A program made the position numbers and the translations under genes. Below, piece by piece: positions 19,704 to 27,646 of a stretch of 64,000 nucleotides of DNA. Each line of letters starts with the position of its first letter. Position 1 is the stretch's first letter. The stretch covers positions 32,001 to 96,000 of the IMG/VR virus record IMGVR_UViG_3300021185_003284; one strand, written 5' to 3'. This DNA comes from a virus. The notes under the pieces were generated by a model, which saw only the letters and a list, made by a program, of their open reading frames with translations, was not told the DNA's origin and searched no databases.

Positions 19704-20081
19704 ATGAAACAGCTAGAAAAGTATATAAGAAACGTATTAAGTGAGTCAGCAAAGATTAATTTTGCTGGACATAAGTTTGTGCTTAAGGTAGATACCAACG
19801 AAGATCCACAGAAGAAAGGTGTCAAAGTTCAATTTCTACCAACAGAGTTTGGTACTCTAACTAAAACTCAACAAGATGATATAGCAATTGAGCTTGAATC
19901 TAGATTGGAGAAAGGGTTAGCAAGCTTTGATATGAGAGTAGAAAGAGATAGAAATCTCAAAGACAAGACTATAATTGGCTTTTTCATCTACATTGAATAT
20001 TTTGATAGAATAATCAGAAAAGCATTATCAGGACAGAATCCAACGACTGATGACCCTGTAGACGGACCAGCCGAAGTTTAA
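19704..20081 (+). CDS. Hypothetical late protein
   Basis: Follows TATTTATT motif. Confidence 0.7.
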   Translation: MKQLEKYIRNVLSESAKINFAGHKFVLKVDTNEDPQKKGVKVQFLPTEFGTLTKTQQDDIAIELESRLEKGLASFDMRVERDRNLKDKTIIGFFIYIEYFDRIIRKALSGQNPTTDDPVDGPAEV

Positions 20082-20096
20082 AAACTAACGCAAAAT

Positions 20097-20504
20097 ATGG
20101 TGTCACCGAACAAGAAGATTAGAGAAGTTCTCTTCTCATTACATCCATTATCTTATCGTATCAAGAAGAAAGGTCTTGATAAAGAATCTATGAATAAAAA
20201 ACTATTTACTGGAATTATTACTCAGTTAAAGAAGATTGAGGACAGGAGAGACTTTATGGCTGAAGAGATAGGAATGGATATGACTACTTACGAAGATCAA
20301 TTCTTTAATGTTATAGAAGATCTAATGAAGATGTCATTTAATAAATCTCAGTTAGGATTAATACAATTATATCTCTACACTCTTTCACCAGATAAAGAAT
20401 GGGATGGAACTATAGTTGTTGAAGTAGGAGAATCAAAAGAAGAGAAAGTAGTAAAATTTAAAACACCTGAAGAGGTTTGGAAAGTAGTTACTGAGTTCTC
20501 ATAA
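20097..20504 (+). CDS. Hypothetical protein
   Basis: ORF in operon. Confidence 0.7.
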   Translation: MVSPNKKIREVLFSLHPLSYRIKKKGLDKESMNKKLFTGIITQLKKIEDRRDFMAEEIGMDMTTYEDQFFNVIEDLMKMSFNKSQLGLIQLYLYTLSPDKEWDGTIVVEVGESKEEKVVKFKTPEEVWKVVTEFS

Positions 20505-20513
20505 TAATAAGTT

Positions 20514-21734
20514 ATGGATTTAGATTTTTATAATGAGCATGGATATCTCCATATCGAAAATGCTATCCCAAAAGAGTATATAGAAATTGCAAGAGAAAAA
20601 GGCATGCCTTTAGTCAAATGGTCTAGAGAAAATGTTAATAAACCTGCACTAGCTGGCCCACCTACATTAAATCTACATGTAGGATGTGCTGGAGCATATG
20701 AAGGAGAGTTAATGAACCTTTATACTTCTAAAATCTCATATGATTTAGTTACCACTATTTTACAGAAAAAAGATATATTTTTATTTAATGATCAAATGGT
20801 CTATAAGTTTCCAAATGATAACTTTACATTTGCTCCTCATTACGATAATCAATATGGAGCTGAAAATAAGGATGGTAAAATGCATACTGTTAATATGAGT
20901 TGGGTACTAGATGACTTTACAGATGATAACGGAACATTAGAACTTCAAAGCTTAAAAACAAAAGAGTGGCATAGAGTCTATCCTAAAGCAGGAGATATTA
21001 TAGCCATAAACGGAAACTGTATACATAGATCAGGTCCTAATACTTCTGATAAACCTAGAGGACTATATGCTTGTGTGTATTCTGAAGGACAGATAAACTT
21101 ACAAAATTACTATAAGGAACCTTTTCTACTTAAAGATACAGATACACAGCACCTTCATCATCTATCTAATGGCATACCAATACAACAATTTAGAGGATTT
21201 GAGGAGTACTTTACTAAATTTTTAGAACTAAATAAATTTGATAGGATATTAGAATTAGGAACTTCAAGAGGAGGTTTAACATATTTCCTCTCTACTATAT
21301 TTGACGGACCTATTATTACAGTTGATAACGTAACTAAGCTAATAGACCAAAAAGTATATAGTGTAGCACGAGTAATGGAAGCAGATCATATGAGCTTTCA
21401 AACTCAGCAGTTCTTACATAAAGAGTTTATTTCTAAAGAAGGAAAGACATTAGTACTTTGTGATGGAGGTGACAAACCTTCTATCTTTAATGCTTATGCT
21501 ACTTTAATAAAGGAGGGAGACTTTATAGGAGTGCATGATTTCTTTGTATCAAAGGAAGAATATGAAAAACAAAACGCTTGGAACTGGATGGAATGCTCAG
21601 AAGATCAAATAAAAAACGTGATACGTGAGTATAAACTAGAAAAGACTGATACTTATTTACTCAACATCGTTTGGGGTATGTATAAGAAGAACTCTAAGAA
21701 AGTAGATCTACCAACTTATTCATCTATAATATGA
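20514..21734 (+). CDS. Fusion of PhyH-like 2OG-Fe(II) dioxygenase and class I SAM methyltransferase-like domain
   Basis: HYD...H.S..N.S...R in N-half; ILELGTSRGG, LCDGG, VHD in C-half. Confidence 0.8.
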   Translation: MDLDFYNEHGYLHIENAIPKEYIEIAREKGMPLVKWSRENVNKPALAGPPTLNLHVGCAGAYEGELMNLYTSKISYDLVTTILQKKDIFLFNDQMVYKFPNDNFTFAPHYDNQYGAENKDGKMHTVNMSWVLDDFTDDNGTLELQSLKTKEWHRVYPKAGDIIAINGNCIHRSGPNTSDKPRGLYACVYSEGQINLQNYYKEPFLLKDTDTQHLHHLSNGIPIQQFRGFEEYFTKFLELNKFDRILELGTSRGGLTYFLSTIFDGPIITVDNVTKLIDQKVYSVARVMEADHMSFQTQQFLHKEFISKEGKTLVLCDGGDKPSIFNAYATLIKEGDFIGVHDFFVSKEEYEKQNAWNWMECSEDQIKNVIREYKLEKTDTYLLNIVWGMYKKNSKKVDLPTYSSII

Positions 21735-21808
21735 AAATATACATTAAATTAGTTGGAATCCTGGATCTTTATTCTTATCTTTATATCTAATTAAAACGGT
21801 TATACTAT

Positions 21809-22207
21809 ATGCAAAAATTAAAAATGATTCCATGCCCTAAATGTGGCAACGATTTCCCAGAACTTAGAAAGACATTATACAACTATCATGTATGTGTTGA
21901 TTGCTCGACTACTAAACCTGTCGTAGGTATTACTACAGTAGAAGGAACAGGCGATCATACCTATAATGATATTATTATAATGGATCAAGATAGAGCTTTG
22001 GCTATTGAAAGAGCAGCTAATGAAGCTATGGGTAAGAAAGCAATTGATGTAGAAGTTTTAGACTTTGATAAAGAGCCTATGAATGATAACGAAGTTACTC
22101 AATCAATTAAAGATCAAACTAAAAACATACTAGAAGGAGAAGAGGAACAATATGATATGTTGGATCCTGATAAAGAACCTGAAGGTATAGAAGGAATAGA
22201 TTATTAA
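21809..22207 (+). CDS. C4 zinc-finger (TraR/DksA-like) protein with acidic tail
   Basis: CPKC..PELR..CVDC. Confidence 0.55.
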   Translation: MQKLKMIPCPKCGNDFPELRKTLYNYHVCVDCSTTKPVVGITTVEGTGDHTYNDIIIMDQDRALAIERAANEAMGKKAIDVEVLDFDKEPMNDNEVTQSIKDQTKNILEGEEEQYDMLDPDKEPEGIEGIDY

Positions 22208-22836
22208 TGGCAAGACCGTCTAAAATAGTTACTAAAGAAGATATTCTTAGAGCACAACAGAATACTCGTTCTAATATGGCAGCAGCCAGATATCTACATA
22301 TATCTTATAACCACTATAAGAAGTATGCTAAGATGTTTAAAAATGACGAAGGAGTAACTCTGTTGGAAGCTCATAAGAATCAAGAAGGGAAAGGTATCCC
22401 TAAATTTGCTGTAGCTGGTATAGATAATGTACCCTTAATGGATGTACTGGAAGGAAGAGTTCCTATAGAACATTTCGATTCCAGAAAAATTAAGGCTAGA
22501 TTATTAAGTGAAGGTAAGTTAGTTGAGGTATGTACTAGATGTAAATTCTCTGAAAGAAGAATTGTAGATCAAAAAATACCTGTTATCTTAAGTTTTAAAG
22601 ACGGAAATAAAAAAAATTGGCATTTAGAGAATTTAGAGTTTCTCTGTTACAATTGTTCTTTTCTCTATGCAGCATCACCTATCGAGGAGAAACGTGCAGA
22701 GGCAATGGAAGACTACGTAAAAACTAAAAGAGATGAGCCGGATTGGGAACTAGATGAACACCATAAGGAACATTTAAGAGAGTTAGGGCTATTAGACGAA
22801 TCTAACCCCGGAGATGAATTTATCTCTAGATTATAA
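22207..22836 (+). CDS. HNH-like zinc-binding protein
   Basis: CTRC...DGNKKNWHLENLEFLCYNC. Confidence 0.65.
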   Translation: MARPSKIVTKEDILRAQQNTRSNMAAARYLHISYNHYKKYAKMFKNDEGVTLLEAHKNQEGKGIPKFAVAGIDNVPLMDVLEGRVPIEHFDSRKIKARLLSEGKLVEVCTRCKFSERRIVDQKIPVILSFKDGNKKNWHLENLEFLCYNCSFLYAASPIEEKRAEAMEDYVKTKRDEPDWELDEHHKEHLRELGLLDESNPGDEFISRL

Positions 22837-22849
22837 ACTATTTATAACC

Positions 22850-22999
22850 ATGGCCAAAAAAGAAAAGAATAAATTTTCAACATGGAAAAAGAAAAAACCT
22901 TTAGAAAGAAAGGTTGCTGACGATCTAGTCAAGCAGTCTGAGAAAAATGAAAAGCTCAGAGAAAAAAGTATAGGAACTAGTTTCTTAGACTTATTTTAA
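22850..22999 (+). CDS. Small basic protein
   Basis: ATG just after TATTTATA motif. Confidence 0.5.
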   Translation: MAKKEKNKFSTWKKKKPLERKVADDLVKQSEKNEKLREKSIGTSFLDLF

Positions 23000-23013
23000 C
23001 TTAAAACTATTTT

Positions 23014-23607
23014 ATGAAAAACTTATTATTAACTATAGTTGTGTCTTTAGCCAGCACCGTTGTGATGGCATTTAGTTTAGCAACAAGAGGAGAAGTAAAG
23101 AGTGCAATAGAATTAGAACCAGAGAGGCCCTTGGCCTTAATTAACATCACCCCAGAAATCACAGCTCCAAAAATAGAGCTCATAATTAAAAATCACAGTA
23201 AGTTTCTAGAAGACATCGGAATGAGAGAGTCTTCCGGAAACTATAAAGCAGTCAATCAATTCGGATATTTAGGTAAGTATCAGTTCGGAAGAAGAACTCT
23301 TGATGCATTAGGATATGATAATGTATCTAATAGAGAGTTTTTATCTAATGGATCTATCCAAGAAGAAGCTATGTATGCTCTACTTACTCATAATAGAAAG
23401 ATACTTAGAAGACAGATAAGCAAATACGTAGGACAAACAATAGCAGGTGTATACATTACAGAGTCAGGTCTGTTAGCAGCAGCTCATTTAGCTGGTCCAG
23501 GTAATGTTAAAAAGTTCCTTAGAAAAGGTTATGAATTTAAAGATGGTAACGGTACTACAATGACATCTTATATGACAAAGTTTAGTAACTATAGGTTGGA
23601 ATTCTGA
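23014..23607 (+). CDS. Lysozyme-like/lytic transglycosylase with N-terminal signal anchor
   Basis: RESSGNY..VN..GYLGKYQF, LAAAHLAG. Confidence 0.75.
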   Translation: MKNLLLTIVVSLASTVVMAFSLATRGEVKSAIELEPERPLALINITPEITAPKIELIIKNHSKFLEDIGMRESSGNYKAVNQFGYLGKYQFGRRTLDALGYDNVSNREFLSNGSIQEEAMYALLTHNRKILRRQISKYVGQTIAGVYITESGLLAAAHLAGPGNVKKFLRKGYEFKDGNGTTMTSYMTKFSNYRLEF

Positions 23608-23656
23608 TATAATTTTCTTATATTAAGGTATAATTAATTAATAAAAAATAAAGGTT

Positions 23657-23959
23657 ATGACAAAAGCGAAACGCCACTACGAATCTTGGTCAATTGATGA
23701 AGCAAGATTATTTATGAATTACTATTTAGCTAATATTACTAGAAAAGATTATAGTCTAGTATTAGATAATTTTTCAAAGGAAGTTGATAGAACTTATGAT
23801 GCTATTGCATTTAGAGTAAAAGAAGTTTTGAGTATATTAACTGATGGAGATCAAGGTCTTAAAAAAGATAAATGGACAAAAGAATTTATCTATGTTGTTG
23901 ATGAAAAGCTAAATGAAGGCTCTATTTCTAAAGCTAAAATGATAATGTTGTTTGAATAA
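23657..23959 (+). CDS. Hypothetical early protein
   Basis: Behind early promoter and AAAGGTTATG leader. Confidence 0.7.
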   Translation: MTKAKRHYESWSIDEARLFMNYYLANITRKDYSLVLDNFSKEVDRTYDAIAFRVKEVLSILTDGDQGLKKDKWTKEFIYVVDEKLNEGSISKAKMIMLFE

Positions 23960-24294
23960 TGGGTAGAGAAAAAGCAGGACATACTGAGAAAATCAGGTTC
24001 GACTTTCCTACTGAAGCAGTATTGGAAGTTAATATTAAAGGTAATTGGTATAGAGTCACTTCACAAGACTTTAGATCTTTTGACGGTAAAAGAAGATATT
24101 CTAAACCTACTCGTCAACCAGGCCTTGGCATGAAAGATATGCACGAGATAGAATTTATTACTGTTGATTATACTGATGAACCTCTTTACATGTTTGGTAC
24201 TAATATTCAGGTACTAGATAGAGAGATGAATGAAAAGATAGTCAATAGTCCTTATTACGAAAAAGTAACTAAAGTATCAGGATCAAGAACATGA
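23959..24294 (+). CDS. Hypothetical protein
   Basis: Translationally coupled ORF. Confidence 0.7.
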   Translation: MGREKAGHTEKIRFDFPTEAVLEVNIKGNWYRVTSQDFRSFDGKRRYSKPTRQPGLGMKDMHEIEFITVDYTDEPLYMFGTNIQVLDREMNEKIVNSPYYEKVTKVSGSRT

Positions 24295-24587
24295 TAAAAT
24301 TACATTTTGAAAATACTAATGAATTTGAAGGTTTATTTAAATCTAAAAAATTAGCAGTCACTCAGGGCATTGTCCAAGGTATAGAAGAAGCTATGAAAAG
24401 AAATGTTAAGAGTGCTGATTTATTTCAACTCTCTTTTGGAGACTCAGATATGATGTATGAACTTTCACTACCTAGATCTCAATGGGTTGTTGCATTAGAG
24501 TCTTGTCTAGAACATTACCATGAATTACAATTAGCAGATGATGCTATAGATACGTGGAAACTTCTAGAAGCAGCTAAAGTCTGGTAA
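24291..24587 (+). CDS. Hypothetical protein
   Basis: Translationally coupled ORF. Confidence 0.7.
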   Translation: MIKLHFENTNEFEGLFKSKKLAVTQGIVQGIEEAMKRNVKSADLFQLSFGDSDMMYELSLPRSQWVVALESCLEHYHELQLADDAIDTWKLLEAAKVW

Positions 24588-24625
24588 ATAAAGTTAAACT
24601 TTTCCGGAAATAACTATGTAAATAG

Positions 24626-24688
24626 TTGCCTAGGAACTTAATTATTCATATATTAAGGTATAATTAAAAAGGTAAAATAAAGGTTATG
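24626..24688 (+). promoter_or_regulatory. Early promoter cassette
   Basis: TTG 24626, TATATTAA 24649, same leader. Confidence 0.85.
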
Positions 24689-25429
24689 ACAAATATTAAA
24701 ACAGTTAAAATGAAGGACATGAAGTTTGATCCTTCTCTATTCCGTCCAATGAAATCAGGACGTATAATCGATGCTCACTTCTCTTCTCAGAAAGGTTTGA
24801 TGAAAGGTACTAACTATGCAATCGTAGGTGATCCAGGTATTGGTAAAACTACTGTTATGTTAGATATGTTAGCTGACTTACAGAATAAAGGTAAGAAAGT
24901 TTTATTTATTTCTGGTGAAATGAATCAGATTGATATGTACGGTTACGTAAAAAGATACCCTAAGTTTGGTGAACTTCCAATATTATTTATGGGTGACCAT
25001 ACTGAAGATAATAACTTAGAAGTTATTGAAAATATCTTATCAGAAGGTTGGGATGTTGTACTTATAGATTCTATGGCAGAGGTTCAAAATGCTGTTGTAG
25101 ATACTCATAAAGGATGGATGTCATCTAAAAAAGCTGAGACTGAATTATTGAACTTATTTGAAAAGCATAATTTAGGTCAGAATGATTCTAATACTAATAC
25201 TTCTTTCTTAGTTATTCAACAAGTTACTAAAGGTGGTGAGTTTGCTGGATCGAATAGATTTAAGCATATGATGACTGGAATGGCTCATATGAAATGGACT
25301 AAAGAAGGTGATAGAACTTTCTTCTTCTCAAAAAACAGAAGAGGTGGTGATATGTCTGTAAGAATGTTTAGCTTGCAGAATAGAAATAGAATCGGATGGT
25401 TAGGAACTGTTGCAGTAGGTCAAGAATAA
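24686..25429 (+). CDS. RecA-superfamily ATPase (RadA/Sms-like ATPase domain only)
   Basis: GDPGIGKTT, FISGE, VLIDS, VTKGGEFAG, KNR.G. Confidence 0.8.
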   Translation: MTNIKTVKMKDMKFDPSLFRPMKSGRIIDAHFSSQKGLMKGTNYAIVGDPGIGKTTVMLDMLADLQNKGKKVLFISGEMNQIDMYGYVKRYPKFGELPILFMGDHTEDNNLEVIENILSEGWDVVLIDSMAEVQNAVVDTHKGWMSSKKAETELLNLFEKHNLGQNDSNTNTSFLVIQQVTKGGEFAGSNRFKHMMTGMAHMKWTKEGDRTFFFSKNRRGGDMSVRMFSLQNRNRIGWLGTVAVGQE

Positions 25430-25515
25430 AGTTACTTAAATAGTTGCCTCACAAAGATAAAATTCGTATATTGTAAATATAAATTAATAATTAATAATTA
25501 AATAAAAATCAGGTT

Positions 25516-26361
25516 ATGTCAGATATTATGTTCAATTTTAAGCAAGATGAAACTTACATGAGTAAGGAAGATCTTAGGAATGAATGCCCTTTAGCATTCG
25601 CTAGTGCACCAACTAACCCTAATGTTAGTGGTAAATACTTATTCGTTAATACAGAAACTATTGTAGACGATTTAGATAAGTTAGGATGGAAACCAGTTCA
25701 AGCTGCTCAAAGAAAAGCTAGAGGTAATGCAGGTACTATTTTTAGTAAGCATATGGTTGCATTCCAGAATCCAGATATTAAGATTAAAGGTGAAGGCGGA
25801 GATGATGCTTGGCCTAGAATTATTATGACGAACAGTCATGATGGTATGCAAGCGTTTAAGTTTAGCGTTGGTATATTTAGAATGGTTTGTTCTAATGGTT
25901 TAGTAGTTGCAGATGAGCAATTTAGTGACTTTAAGATTAAGCATAAAGGTTATACCTTTGGTGAACTTAGAGAAGTAGTTAATCAAGCTGTAGCTGATCT
26001 TCCTAATAGAGTCCAAGTATTAAACGATATGAAAGATAGAGTTCTTACTCAAGAAGAAAAGAATAAATTAGCTTTAGATGCTATGTTAATTAGAGCTAAT
26101 ATTACTCCTGGTTCTGAAAAAGCAAAAGAGTTTAATTATGATGCTGAGACTATTGAAGATATTCTTGATCCTAAAAGAGATGAAGATAAAGGAGATGATC
26201 TTTGGAGAGTATTTAATGTAGTACAAGAAAAGATTACTCAAGGAGATTTCCATGCTGCATTAACAGGTGCAAAAGTAAGAAAAGTTCGTAAAATTAAATC
26301 TTTCGAAAAGGACTTGAAAGTTAATAAGGAACTATTTAAATTAGCGACTAATTTAATTTAG
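25516..26361 (+). CDS. DUF932/DUF945-family protein
   Basis: KHMV.F, NSHDG, FRMVCSNGL, LWRVFNVVQE. Confidence 0.85.
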   Translation: MSDIMFNFKQDETYMSKEDLRNECPLAFASAPTNPNVSGKYLFVNTETIVDDLDKLGWKPVQAAQRKARGNAGTIFSKHMVAFQNPDIKIKGEGGDDAWPRIIMTNSHDGMQAFKFSVGIFRMVCSNGLVVADEQFSDFKIKHKGYTFGELREVVNQAVADLPNRVQVLNDMKDRVLTQEEKNKLALDAMLIRANITPGSEKAKEFNYDAETIEDILDPKRDEDKGDDLWRVFNVVQEKITQGDFHAALTGAKVRKVRKIKSFEKDLKVNKELFKLATNLI

Positions 26362-26414
26362 AAACATTCTAAATAAAAGTTGGTTATTAACTCTTAAAAG
26401 ACTATATTGTATAT

Positions 26415-27140
26415 ATGAATGTAGCAGTATTAGTAGAAATTATAAAAGAGACGGACAAAAATTGGCGATTCATATTTGAGTCGCCTTTGTACGATAAGAT
26501 AGATTTCGTCTCTGGCCAGCTTGTTCAATTAGCGATCCAGGATCCTATTGAGGCAGGCTACTACCATAAAAGAAATTATTCAGTAGCATCTTGGCCAGAT
26601 GGTACAAACAGGTTTGAACTTATCATAACCTACATACCTGGAGGTTTATTCTCTGAGTTTTTATTTAAGGAAGCAAAGATAGGAGATGAATTTCTCTACA
26701 GAGGTCCATTAGGAGTATTTACTTTACCGAACTTACAGAAACTAGATAGAGATATATACTTTGTGAGTACTGGTTCCGGAATAAGTCCTTTTAGATCCAT
26801 AATGGGTTGGATAGGAGAAAATCCTGATAAGATAGAAACTAAGAAGCTTAAATTATTCTTTGGTACACGAACTGAAAAGGAAATACTTTATAGAGATGAA
26901 ATGGAGGCTTTAGAAAAGAAGCTTCCTAACTTTGAATTCATTCCAACATTATCTCAAGAACAATGGGACGGTAAAACAGGATATGTCCATGACCACTACC
27001 TTAAACTAATAGATGAGATGGATGAAAAACCTTTAGTATACTATTGTGGATGGGATAAAATGATTAGAGAAGGAAGAAGCCATCTAGATGCTAGAGGATT
27101 TGAAATGACTAAAGATATCAGAGTAGAAATATTTGGATAA
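26415..27140 (+). CDS. Ferredoxin-NADP reductase-like FAD/NAD(P) oxidoreductase
   Basis: RNYSVAS, GGLFSEFL, GPLG.F, TGSGISP, YYCG, C-terminal EIFG. Confidence 0.9.
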   Translation: MNVAVLVEIIKETDKNWRFIFESPLYDKIDFVSGQLVQLAIQDPIEAGYYHKRNYSVASWPDGTNRFELIITYIPGGLFSEFLFKEAKIGDEFLYRGPLGVFTLPNLQKLDRDIYFVSTGSGISPFRSIMGWIGENPDKIETKKLKLFFGTRTEKEILYRDEMEALEKKLPNFEFIPTLSQEQWDGKTGYVHDHYLKLIDEMDEKPLVYYCGWDKMIREGRSHLDARGFEMTKDIRVEIFG

Positions 27141-27586
27141 TGGAAGGACCAATGGCAGCTTTAGACCTTCTTAACGAAAAGGCATTTCAGCATATAAAAA
27201 ATAACGTCGTCACTCAATTAACTTGTAGAAAAATTGGTCTTACGTTTTGTGCTTTGACCGATATTTATAAAGGACAAGAGGTATTCCTACCTTGGGATGG
27301 ACCAACAAGGGAATACAGCTTTATTGTAGATAGGATCGAAGAACTCCACGGAAACGTATTTGGTACCCTACTACGATACTTTGACAATCATTCTTATTTA
27401 GAAAAGGGTGTTGTTAATTTTAAATTAGTGCACGGTGTTAACTTTATAGTGGCACAACCTGAATGTATTTTATCCCCCGATGGAGAGGGTGGCAACTTAG
27501 AGTCAGGAACTATAAAGGCTAGATGGGATATTATTGCTACAACAGAGCTTTCACTCTATGAAGCAAGAAGTAGACCACTTTTGTAA
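27140..27586 (+). CDS. Degenerate SET-domain-like protein
   Basis: 'G..F.ALTDIYKGQEVF' and 'N....IKARWDI...EL..Y'; canonical NHS motif absent. Confidence 0.45.
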   Translation: MEGPMAALDLLNEKAFQHIKNNVVTQLTCRKIGLTFCALTDIYKGQEVFLPWDGPTREYSFIVDRIEELHGNVFGTLLRYFDNHSYLEKGVVNFKLVHGVNFIVAQPECILSPDGEGGNLESGTIKARWDIIATTELSLYEARSRPLL

Positions 27587-27612
27587 TACTATGCGTAATT
27601 GATAATTAACAA

Positions 27613-27620
27613 TATTTATA
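27613..27620 (+). promoter_or_regulatory. Putative late promoter TATTTATA upstream of the ATP-grasp/Hint gene
   Basis: Same motif precedes structural/lysis genes (4830, 47154, 49957, 58028). Confidence 0.6.
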
Positions 27621-27646
27621 ATAAACACTAATAAAACCCAAAAAGA

